Positions 8,755 to 18,077 are shown, counted from the stretch's first letter. The stretch: 35,096 nucleotides of DNA from Dehalococcoidia bacterium (GCA_041494685.1 JBGQBE010000032.1:1-35096); one strand, 5' to 3'. The notes: generated by a model not told the origin, from the sequence alone. A program made the numbers and translations.

Positions 8755-9125
8755 TAGATCCACTCCATGGCGCGCTTGCGCCACGCGTAGGCGTAGCCGA
8801 CGCCGAGCGTCGCCATGAAGATCAGCGCCTCGGCGAAGGCGTAGAAGCCCAGGCCGCGGTAGGCGACGGCCCACGGGTAGAGGAAGACCGCCTCCACGTC
8901 GAAGACGACGAAGAGCAGCGCGAACAGGTAGTAGCGGACGTTATAGCGGACCTGCGCGGTGCCGATGGGCACCATGCCGCACTCGTAGACCGACTGCTTG
9001 ATCGGGTCGGGGTTCGACGGGCGGATCTTGAAGACGCCCAGCGCGACCGACGCGATGACGGGGACCAGCGGGAAGGCGATCGCGAAGATCAGCAGGAATC
9101 CAGCCCGGCCAAACTGCTCGATCAC
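8754..9125 (-). CDS. nuoA: NADH-quinone oxidoreductase subunit A
   Basis: K..VYECG, YYLFALLFVVFDVEAVFLYPWA, C-terminal MEW. SD GGGGG. Confidence 0.96.
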   Translation of the reverse strand: MIEQFGRAGFLLIFAIAFPLVPVIASVALGVFKIRPSNPDPIKQSVYECGMVPIGTAQVRYNVRYYLFALLFVVFDVEAVFLYPWAVAYRGLGFYAFAEALIFMATLGVGYAYAWRKRAMEWI

Positions 9126-9151
9126 GGCTGCGTTCCCCCGTTCCGAGGACT

Positions 9152-9169
9152 TTGTGAATTTCTACGCTA
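9152..9169. promoter_or_regulatory. Candidate Rex operator in the nuo leader
   Basis: TTGTGAA-TTTC-TACGCTA compared with the Rex consensus TTGTGAA-N4-TTCACAA: one perfect half-site, the other 4/7. Confidence 0.45.
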
Positions 9170-9180
9170 TCAGCGGCCGA

Positions 9181-9189
9181 ATCCTATCA
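9181..9189 (-). promoter_or_regulatory. Extended -10 promoter of the nuo operon
   Basis: TG-A-TAGGAT on the minus strand, about 55 nt upstream of nuoA. Confidence 0.55.
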
Positions 9190-9298
9190 CAGGCACCCCC
9201 CACGGACAACAGACGCGAGGCCGCCGCCGAAGCGGCCGCGGAGCGCCGTGCGAGGCGGGCGGGGTGTCGAGGTTAGAGAGGACAGGCGTCAGTAGCTA

Positions 9299-9727
9299 CT
9301 AACGCGCCAGCAGGTGTGGCAGGACATAGCTGAAGAAGAACCCGACGGCGGCACCGCCCACGGTGAATACGCCGCGATCGAGCCACATCCGCCGCTGGAA
9401 CTCGCGCCGATCGTGCCTAGAACGGGCGTAGTCCGCGAACGACAGATCAGCGTCTGGCTCGTACCACGTGCAGTGTCGGCGCTCGTTGAGTACGGCGACG
9501 AGGTCCGCGCCCTCCATGCCGTACATGTTGAGGACGCCCTTCTCGCAGTTCAATCCGCCGTTTCGTCGATTCAGATCGCCGCTTGCCCGCAGCGCGGTGG
9601 GCAATTCTATGAGCCCCCAGCGTTGGAATTCCATTCCATTCTCGGTTGCGTTGCCTTTGGTGTCCAGCATCCATCGCCGCCCCAGGAACCCGCAGTCGAT
9701 GCAGCGCGCGGTGCGTCGGCTAAACAT
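9299..9727 (-). CDS. Hypothetical protein with four Cys and a C-terminal TM anchor
   Basis: 142 aa; CIDC...C...C and C-terminal GVFTVGGAAVGFFFSYVLPHLL. Lies 6 nt downstream of 9734-10081. Confidence 0.65.
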   Translation of the reverse strand: MFSRRTARCIDCGFLGRRWMLDTKGNATENGMEFQRWGLIELPTALRASGDLNRRNGGLNCEKGVLNMYGMEGADLVAVLNERRHCTWYEPDADLSFADYARSRHDRREFQRRMWLDRGVFTVGGAAVGFFFSYVLPHLLAR

Positions 9728-9733
9728 GCGGCG

Positions 9734-10081
9734 CTATGGCTCCGGCCACGGATCGCCCACGTTGACGACCGTCTCCGGAGGTGCTTGGAATGTGTACGTC
9801 GTCCCTGCGCTGGTGCGTACTGTAAGTTCAAGGCGCGTGTTGAGAGCGCCAACGACTATATCGCCACCGCCCTTCGCCATCTGATCACATATCGGACCAT
9901 TGACATCGACCGACGTATCGTTTGGTCCCGTTGGCAGCGTGCACTTCTTCAGGATGCCGACGACGGTGTCGGGCGTCTTGACCTCGCCCCGACCGTGATC
10001 CCACGTCAGCGCGACAACTCCGCCGCCGATGACGCCTCCGACGATGGCGGCTCCGAGCAAAAGACCTGCTGTCCGCAACAT
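9734..10081 (-). CDS. Hypothetical membrane-anchored or exported protein
   Basis: 115 aa with an N-terminal hydrophobic segment and two Cys. TATGAT lies 6 nt before the ATG. Confidence 0.7.
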   Translation of the reverse strand: MLRTAGLLLGAAIVGGVIGGGVVALTWDHGRGEVKTPDTVVGILKKCTLPTGPNDTSVDVNGPICDQMAKGGGDIVVGALNTRLELTVRTSAGTTYTFQAPPETVVNVGDPWPEP

Positions 10082-10186
10082 GGCTCAATCATACACCGCG
10101 AGGTAGCAGCATGACGCGCAAGAAAGCTCCCGATGCTTCCTGCACCGCCACGACGAAGGCGGGCGCTCCGCTGCGCCCGGCGACGC

Positions 10187-10570
10187 TCACCGCCCGATGC
10201 CGGAGAGGACGTCGCCGGCCGGGGCGCGCGGATACGCGGGCAGCACGGCGATCTCGTGCGGCTCGGTGTGGCGGTAGCAGACCCAGCACGACGTCCCGCG
10301 CGAGCCGCTGACGCCCTTCGCTGGACGGGCGCGGAGCTGCATCGGCTCGTTGCAGTGCCCCCACCCCCGGCTCTGCAGCTGCGGACAGAGCGGCGGGCGC
10401 TCGGCGCGCGAGGTCTCGGACACGTCCTCGGCGACCAGCTCCGGCGCGCGGCCAATCAGCCACGTCACCAGCGGGTTGCCGAGCGTGTAGGCGCCGAGAT
10501 AGCTGCTGCCGGCGTCGCGCGGCGCGTCGAGGTCGAACAGCGGGCTGCCCGGCGGGCCGGCGTCGCTCAT
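10187..10570 (-). CDS. Hypothetical protein, possible Zn-ribbon
   Basis: 127 aa; CP...HCNEPM...CWVCYRH. TACACT lies 6 nt before the ATG. Confidence 0.6.
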   Translation of the reverse strand: MSDAGPPGSPLFDLDAPRDAGSSYLGAYTLGNPLVTWLIGRAPELVAEDVSETSRAERPPLCPQLQSRGWGHCNEPMQLRARPAKGVSGSRGTSCWVCYRHTEPHEIAVLPAYPRAPAGDVLSGIGR

Positions 10571-10727
10571 GGCGCGAGTGTACTACGCCGCAGCTTGCGA
10601 ACCATATCGTTATGTCCACTAATATCGCCTCGATCAGGGGTTGCCTTCATGGATCGCACCCTGCCCCGCGCCGATACTTCTCTGCCCTACCGCCCGCACA
10701 CGGCGGAGGAGCAGGGAGCGTTCGCCC

Positions 10728-11318
10728 GTGCAGACCCGCGCCGCCCGCACCGCCGTCACCTGGAGCGCGCTCGCCGCGCTCGGCCTCATCGCGGCGCAGT
10801 TCGGCGCGATCCGGCTCGCGCCGAGCGAGATCATCGTGCGCGTCGTGCTGCCGGCGACGATCGCGGCCGTGCCTGCGGCGCTCTGGCCGCTGCGCCGCCG
10901 CGCCGGCGTCTGGATCATGTTCGTGGGACTCGCCGCCAACCTGGCGGCGATTCTGGCGAACGGCGGCCTCATGCCGATCGAGCAGCGCACGGTGGTCGAA
11001 GCGGTCGGCGAAGCGCGCGCGGCGCCGTACGCGCCCGGCGCGTGGATCAGGGGGTCCAAGGACGTGCTCGTGGCGCCGGGCGGCGGCCGCCTGGTGTGGC
11101 TGGGGGACCAGATCGTCGTCGGGACGGTGCACGGCGGCTTCGTCGCCAGTCCGGGCGACATCGTCGTCTGGGCCGGCATGCTCGTGCTGGCCGGCGAGGT
11201 CTCGTGGACGTGGCAACGGCGTCGGGCGCACGTTCCGGACGCGCACGACGCCGCTCACGAAGCCACACCTGCCGCCTCGTCAGAAGGGGCGGAGGGTGGC
11301 GCACTCACCTCGCAGTGA
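10728..11318 (+). CDS. DUF5317-like membrane protein (start uncertain; TTG 10641 is an alternative)
   Basis: GLAANLAAILANGGLMP...WLGDQI...SPGDIVVWAG signature. GTG 10728 follows AGGGAG. Confidence 0.8.
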   Translation: MQTRAARTAVTWSALAALGLIAAQFGAIRLAPSEIIVRVVLPATIAAVPAALWPLRRRAGVWIMFVGLAANLAAILANGGLMPIEQRTVVEAVGEARAAPYAPGAWIRGSKDVLVAPGGGRLVWLGDQIVVGTVHGGFVASPGDIVVWAGMLVLAGEVSWTWQRRRAHVPDAHDAAHEATPAASSEGAEGGALTSQ

Positions 11319-11473
11319 CGCGCCACCCCGCCACCGATGTGAGTTCCCGCGGCAGCGAGGGCAATGTCCACCGCGAGCGCTCGACCCAGCCATCGTAGGC
11401 CGGTGCTCTGACCAGACACTGACCGGATCCGACCGTCAGAGGCGGCGGAAACGCCGTCAGATCCCGCATATGT

Positions 11474-11504
11474 CAAGAGCCCGGACGGGATGCCCGGGCT
11501 CTTG
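11474..11504. terminator. Hairpin between convergent genes
   Basis: CAAGAGCCCGG-N9-CCGGGCTCTTG, a perfect 11-bp stem with no long U-tract. Confidence 0.65.
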
Positions 11505-11529
11505 CGTCGCTTGATCGGGCTGAGCGGGA

Positions 11530-11814
11530 CTACGGGGCGATCGCGTCCACCTTGGCGCGCGCATCGGCCTTGTCCTTGTACCACACGGCGTTGATCTCGG
11601 TGTACGCCTTGAGGTTGTCCGGCACGTCGTCTTCCGCAAAGATCGCGTTCACCGGGCAGGCCGGCTCGCACGCGCCGCAGTCGATGCACTCGTCGGGGTC
11701 GACGTACAGCATCTTGTCCGCGTCGCCCTCATCGTGGATGCAGTCAACGGGGCAAACGTCCACGCACGACCTGTCCTTCGTGCCGATACAGGCTTCGGTA
11801 ATCACATACGCCAT
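11530..11814 (-). CDS. fdxA: Dicluster ferredoxin, 7Fe (FdxA-like)
   Basis: C-x7-C-x3-CP..C and CxxCxxCxxxCP motifs; SD GAGGAG. Confidence 0.92.
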   Translation of the reverse strand: MAYVITEACIGTKDRSCVDVCPVDCIHDEGDADKMLYVDPDECIDCGACEPACPVNAIFAEDDVPDNLKAYTEINAVWYKDKADARAKVDAIAP

Positions 11815-11855
11815 TCGGGTACTCCTCTGAATCTGCGCGTCTTGATCCGTCGGGC

Positions 11856-11884
11856 ATTGTAGGTGGCGATCACGTCAAAGTGAA
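11856..11884 (-). promoter_or_regulatory. Ferredoxin promoter
   Basis: TTCACT-N17-TACAAT on the minus strand. Confidence 0.5.
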
Positions 11885-11888
11885 GGGT

Positions 11889-11912
11889 TTTAGCAACAGT
11901 TTGCTTGTTTTA
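11889..11912. promoter_or_regulatory. AT-rich imperfect palindrome, SufR-box-like
   Basis: TTTAGCAAC-AGTTTG-CTTGTTTTA compared with CAAC-N6-GTTG (one mismatch). Confidence 0.4.
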
Positions 11913-12032
11913 TTCTGGAAATTCCTGGCTGGCCCGTACGGGCAGACCGGCGGGCGGCGAACCATCGCCGCCCGCGCCTCGTACACTATCCGAGGGCGCG
12001 CCTGTTGCGCCGCAAACGGACAGGAGACGGAG

Positions 12033-12485
12033 ATGCTCAGCGTTGGACAGCAGGCGCCCGACTTCGACCTGCAAGACGAGAACGGCAACCGCGTACGGCT
12101 CGCGGACTTCCGCGGCAAGTCAGCCGTCGTGCTGATGTTTTACCCCGCCGACAGCACGCCGGGCTGCACCAGGCAGCTCTGCGCCGCCCGCGACGACTAC
12201 GACCGGTACGTCGCGGCCGGCGTCGCCGTCTTCGGCGTGAACCCGGGCAGCGTCGCCGCGCACAAGAAGTTCGTCGCGCAGCACGGCCTGAAGACGCCGC
12301 TGCTGCTCGACAACGGCGGCCGTGTGTCGCGCGCCTACGACGCGCTGATGCCGATCCCGATCATCACGCTGGTGAACCGCACCGTCGCCGGCATCGACAA
12401 GGACGGCGTCGTCCGCTTCTACGAGCGCGGCATGCCGGGCACCGACAAGATCCTCGGCGCACTGCAGGCGGCCACCGTCGCGTAG
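12033..12485 (+). CDS. bcp: Peroxiredoxin, BCP/PrxQ family
   Basis: APDFDL, FYPADSTPGCTRQLC (CxxxxC); SD AGGAG before ATG 12033. Confidence 0.9.
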   Translation: MLSVGQQAPDFDLQDENGNRVRLADFRGKSAVVLMFYPADSTPGCTRQLCAARDDYDRYVAAGVAVFGVNPGSVAAHKKFVAQHGLKTPLLLDNGGRVSRAYDALMPIPIITLVNRTVAGIDKDGVVRFYERGMPGTDKILGALQAATVA

Positions 12486-12513
12486 CGCCGGCGCAGCGGA
12501 TCGTCCGACGTGA

Positions 12514-12540
12514 AGAGACCGCCGGCAACCGGCGATCTCT
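12514..12540. terminator. Hairpin between convergent bcp and cimA
   Basis: AGAGA-C-CGCCGG-CAA-CCGGCG-A-TCTCT. Confidence 0.55.
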
Positions 12541-12565
12541 GTTCTATCTCCACCTGAGGCGTCGT

Positions 12566-14155
<1,590 letters not shown>

Positions 14156-14393
14156 GCCGGATTCACGCTCCTGAACGACCGCCGCCAGTATAGGGGCAGC
14201 GGATCGGCCTGCCTATCGTGGAAACGACGGGCAGCCAATGACGCCCCGCGGTGATGAACCGCGGGCTGTGCGCACCTCAAGAGCAACGAGCAGTCTCATA
14301 ACGGCTCCAGCGTAACACAAACGTCATTCGCCCTGCCGTCTTGCCAGACACGCCGCGCTTTACCTGTATCGGGGGCGGCGCTACGATGCGCAC

Positions 14394-14507
14394 GTGCAAC
14401 ACCGTGATCACAAGACCGCTACCGCAGCGGTAGCGGCCGGCCCAAACAGGGCCCTCCGACACCGCCGCGACCGACGCAACGCCCCCTTCCCGCGGGGAGG
14501 CGGCTGA
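14394..14507 (+). promoter_or_regulatory. Candidate leaderless 37-codon leader ORF with structured RNA upstream of kimA
   Basis: TACGAT (14382-14387) + 6 nt + GTG. The frame is open to a TGA that overlaps the transporter ATG (TGATG). Hairpins at 14416-14436, 14439-14453 and 14485-14500; the last covers the SD. Confidence 0.45.
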
Positions 14508-16621
14508 TGTCCGGACAGCACAACCCCCCTCACGACGACGAGCAGCACGAGGATCACCGCTCCTTCCGCGTCCCGCGCAAGCGCGACGTGCCGGACGTAG
14601 AGCAGACCGAGATCCTGCGGGGCGCCAAGCCCGGCTCGCGCTACGCCCGCCGCGTCCGCGAGGGCGAGCGCCGCTTCGCGCCCGTCGGTTCCGAGGGCGC
14701 GGCGTTCCGCGCGACCGACCGCGCCACCGCGCCCCGCACCGGTTCCGAGCGCTTCATGCGCCGCGTCCGCAAGGTGCTGGTCGGCGCGCCGATCGCGTCG
14801 GAGGAGGCCGAGGAGCAGCGGCTCTCGAAGACAAAGGCCTTGGCCGTCTTCTCGTCGGACGCGCTCTCGTCCAGCGCCTACGCCACGGACGAGATCCTGC
14901 TCGTGCTCATCGCCGCTGGCGCCGGGGCGCTCACCCGTTCGATCGAGATCGCGCTGGCAATCGGCGTGCTGCTCACCATCGTCACGTTCTCGTACCGACA
15001 GACGATCAAGGCGTACCCCAGCGGCGGCGGAGCGTACATCGTGGCGCGGGAGAACCTAGGCGATGTCGCGGGGTTGACGGCCGCGGCAGCGCTCTCGGTG
15101 GACTACATCCTCACCGTCGCGGTGTCGATCGCCGCGGGCGTGTTCGCCATCACGTCGGCGTTCCCGGGGCTGCATCCGCTCAGCGTCGAGATCTCCGTCA
15201 CGCTCGTGGCGATCATCACACTGTTGAACCTGCGCGGCATCCGTGAGTCCGGCACGATCTTCGCCATTCCGACGTACGTCTTCATCCTTGCCTTCATCAT
15301 CCTGATCGGGGGTGGATTCCTCCGGCTGGCGCTGGACCCGTCGCTGACGGCGAAGATCCCGGAGTCAGTCGTGCATCCGCCGGACGTACCGAAGAACCTG
15401 ACGCTGTTCCTGATGCTGCGCGCGTTCGCCTCCGGTTGCGCCGCGCTGACGGGCGTCGAGGCGATCTCCAACGGCATCCCCGCCTTCAAGAAGCCTGAAT
15501 CACGCAACGCGTCCGTCACGCTCGTCTGGATGGCCGTCATCCTCGGCGTGTTCTTCATCGGGCTGACGATCCTGGCGCACGAGCTGGGGGTGCAGCACGC
15601 CGACAAGGTGTCGGTGCCGGCGCAGGTGGCCGCCGCCGTGTTCACGGGCTACCTCCGGCCGGTCTTCTTCTTCGTCCAGGTGTCCACCGCGCTGATCCTC
15701 ATTCTCGCGGCCAACACCAGCTACGCCGACTTCCCGCGCCTCGGCTCGATCCTGGCGCGCGACCGCTTCCTCCCTCACCAGTTCACGTTCCGGGGCGACC
15801 GGCTGGCGTTCTCCAACGGCATCATCGTGCTGGGCACCGCGGCGGCGCTCCTGCTCGTGGCGTTCGAGGCGGATGTCGACCGCCTGATCCCGCTCTACGC
15901 GTTCGGCGTGTTCGTCTCGTTCACGCTCTCGCAGAGCGGCATGGTGATCCACTGGCTCCGGCTCAAGGAGAGCGGCTGGCAGCGCAGCATGGTCGTCAAC
16001 TTCATCGGTGCGGTGGCGACGGCGGTCGTGGCGATCATCGTCGGCGGCACGAAGTTCAGTGAAGGTGCCTGGATCAGCATGATCGCGATGTTCGTGCTGG
16101 CGATCGCGTTCTTCTCGATCTACAAGCACTACATGGGCGTGGAGCGCAAGCTGCTGGTACCGCGGGGCGCCATCCTCGACGCCGGCAAGCGCCGCAAGCA
16201 GACGGTACTGATTCCCGTAGACGAGATGAACCGCGCGATCCTGCGCACGGTGGACTACGCGCGTTCCATCTCGGCCAACGTGACAGCCCTGCACATCACT
16301 GACGACCTGGAGCACGCCCAGGCGCTCCGCCGGGAGTGGGAGAGCATGGTGCTGGATGTGCCGCTGGTGATGATCGACTCGCCGTTCCGCTCGTTCGTCG
16401 CGCCGGTGCTGTCGTACATCGACGCGCTGGACCGCTCAGACCCCGGTCATTTCGTGACCGTGGTGCTGCCGGAGTTCCGCACGGCCTGGCCATGGCAGCG
16501 CTTCCTGCACAACCAGTCGGCGCGCCGGCTGAAGAACGTGCTGCTGGACCGGCCCAACACCGTCGTCACCGAGGTGCCGTATTTCCTGTCGGGCGACGAG
16601 CCCGGCGAAGCGAGCGCCTGA
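14507..16621 (+). CDS. kimA: KimA/YdaO-type APC-superfamily potassium transporter
   Basis: FSSDALSSSAYATDEIL, SYRQTIKAYPSGGGAY, GVEAISNG, DFPRL and a C-terminal cytosolic domain (SPFRS...VTVVLPEF...LHNQ). SD GGGAGG. Confidence 0.88.
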   Translation: MSGQHNPPHDDEQHEDHRSFRVPRKRDVPDVEQTEILRGAKPGSRYARRVREGERRFAPVGSEGAAFRATDRATAPRTGSERFMRRVRKVLVGAPIASEEAEEQRLSKTKALAVFSSDALSSSAYATDEILLVLIAAGAGALTRSIEIALAIGVLLTIVTFSYRQTIKAYPSGGGAYIVARENLGDVAGLTAAAALSVDYILTVAVSIAAGVFAITSAFPGLHPLSVEISVTLVAIITLLNLRGIRESGTIFAIPTYVFILAFIILIGGGFLRLALDPSLTAKIPESVVHPPDVPKNLTLFLMLRAFASGCAALTGVEAISNGIPAFKKPESRNASVTLVWMAVILGVFFIGLTILAHELGVQHADKVSVPAQVAAAVFTGYLRPVFFFVQVSTALILILAANTSYADFPRLGSILARDRFLPHQFTFRGDRLAFSNGIIVLGTAAALLLVAFEADVDRLIPLYAFGVFVSFTLSQSGMVIHWLRLKESGWQRSMVVNFIGAVATAVVAIIVGGTKFSEGAWISMIAMFVLAIAFFSIYKHYMGVERKLLVPRGAILDAGKRRKQTVLIPVDEMNRAILRTVDYARSISANVTALHITDDLEHAQALRREWESMVLDVPLVMIDSPFRSFVAPVLSYIDALDRSDPGHFVTVVLPEFRTAWPWQRFLHNQSARRLKNVLLDRPNTVVTEVPYFLSGDEPGEASA

Positions 16622-16748
16622 GCCACGTCACCGCTCCGGGCCCGAACGCGCACACCGCCGGACGTGAAGAGACCGGGGCGCTCCGCTGCTTTACCCTATA
16701 TCTTCCCCGCTGCGCGACCGGCGCGCCGGGCTGATATAGTTGCCCACG

Positions 16749-17387
16749 ATGGAATCTGAGAGCCGGCCGCCGACAGCCCGCCGCGCCTTCCTCGAGCGGC
16801 TCAGCCTGCGGCTTCCCTGGGGCGTCGTCGCGCCCATCGTCCTGCTGGCGGCCGCCCTGGCGACGGTCGCCTGGTTGGATCTGTCCAGCGGCGGCGACGC
16901 GAAGCCGAAGCCGCTCCTGGGCGTTAGCGGGACGCCCGTGCGCAGCGCCTACCTGGCGCCGACGGCGACGCCCTTCGGCCCGCAGCCCACCGCGAAGGCG
17001 AAGCCCACGTCCGCACCGGGCCCAAACCTTCTGAAGGGCACATCCGCCGAACGGGATGCAACGCGCCGCGCGGATCTGCTGCTGCTGCTGGCCGCGGCGC
17101 AGAAGTACAAGGCCGAGAGTAACGGCTACCCGGACACCCACAACTACGTCCAGACCGTCTGCGTCTACAAGGATCTCGACCTCGGCTGCAAGCTCCGGGG
17201 CGCCTTCGGCGGCGACCTGCCGGAAGACCCCCGTGGCAACCAGAACGGCTACTGGATCCAGTCTGACGGCCAGACCATCAAGATCTACGCGTCGTTGGAG
17301 GGCGGCATCGACGACGCTGCCAAGTGCCCCACGACGGACGCCGAACTGCAGAAGCACGGCAACCTCATCTGTGTGACCGGCGGCTAA
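16749..17387 (+). CDS. Membrane-anchored protein with a Pro/Thr linker and a pseudopilin (GspG-like) domain
   Basis: TM segment, PTATP linker, RDATRRADL......QKYK...NGYP...LPEDP, four Cys. Extended -10 TGATATAGT lies 8 nt before the ATG. Confidence 0.7.
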   Translation: MESESRPPTARRAFLERLSLRLPWGVVAPIVLLAAALATVAWLDLSSGGDAKPKPLLGVSGTPVRSAYLAPTATPFGPQPTAKAKPTSAPGPNLLKGTSAERDATRRADLLLLLAAAQKYKAESNGYPDTHNYVQTVCVYKDLDLGCKLRGAFGGDLPEDPRGNQNGYWIQSDGQTIKIYASLEGGIDDAAKCPTTDAELQKHGNLICVTGG

Positions 17388-17471
17388 CCCCGCGCCACCA
17401 GCTCACAGGATTGCGCACAATCGCCCTGCCTGCGCCGTGATATCCTGCGCGCAACGAAAGGGGACGCCCGC

Positions 17472-18077
17472 ATGGCACTGGACCTCTTCAACCGCCGCTC
17501 CAACCAGGAGCGCGAGCGCCCCAGCGACCGTCTGCCGCCCGGCCAGAAGCTCACCGACGGCTGGCCTGTGCTGCACTACGGCGGCGTCCCGCAGGTCGAC
17601 CTCGCCACCTGGAAGTTCTCCGTCGTCGGCCTGGTCGAAGAGGAGCGGCACTTCACCTGGGACGAGTTCCTGGCGCTGCCGCAGACGACGATCCGCACGG
17701 ACATCCACTGCGTCACCCACTGGAGCAAGTACGACAACGACTGGACCGGCGTGAAGTTCACTGACCTGATGCAGCTCGTAAAGCCAAAGCCCGAGGCGAA
17801 GCACGTGATGGTGCACAGCTTCGGCGGCTACACGACCAACGTCTCGCTCGCCGAACTCATGGACGACGACGTGATCCTGGCGCACCAGCACAACGGCGAG
17901 CCGCTGACGCGAGAGCACGGGTGGCCGATGCGGCTCGTCGTGCCGAAGCTCTATTTCTGGAAGAGCGCGAAATGGGTGCGCGGACTGGTCTTCATGGACG
18001 ACGAGAAGCCCGGCTTCTGGGAGATGTACGGTTATCACATCCACGGCGACCCGTGGACCGAGGAACGCTACTCGTAG
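17472..18077 (+). CDS. Sulfite oxidase-family molybdopterin oxidoreductase (YuiH-like)
   Basis: RLPPGQ, DIHCVTHWS, HGWPMRLVVPKLYFWKSAKW, GFWE..GYH..GDPW.EERY. Confidence 0.9.
   Translation: MALDLFNRRSNQERERPSDRLPPGQKLTDGWPVLHYGGVPQVDLATWKFSVVGLVEEERHFTWDEFLALPQTTIRTDIHCVTHWSKYDNDWTGVKFTDLMQLVKPKPEAKHVMVHSFGGYTTNVSLAELMDDDVILAHQHNGEPLTREHGWPMRLVVPKLYFWKSAKWVRGLVFMDDEKPGFWEMYGYHIHGDPWTEERYS

Noticed and set aside
268..8757. Long plus-strand and alternate-frame ORFs over the nuo genes (e.g. 1761-4697, 1147-3831, 7198-8757)
   Set aside because: Shadow ORFs typical of high-GC codon bias: Arg/His/Ala-rich with no motifs. The same applies to similar ORFs across the window.
8192..8874. nuoB hidden in an alternative frame near nuoA/nuoC
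   Set aside because: Neither 8192-8569 nor the extension to 8874 contains the NuoB CC..E or GxC...GG motifs.
14394..14506. ydaO/c-di-AMP riboswitch upstream of kimA
   Set aside because: The conserved GCCGAAUCC and CCGUCAGCUAAC segments are not present.
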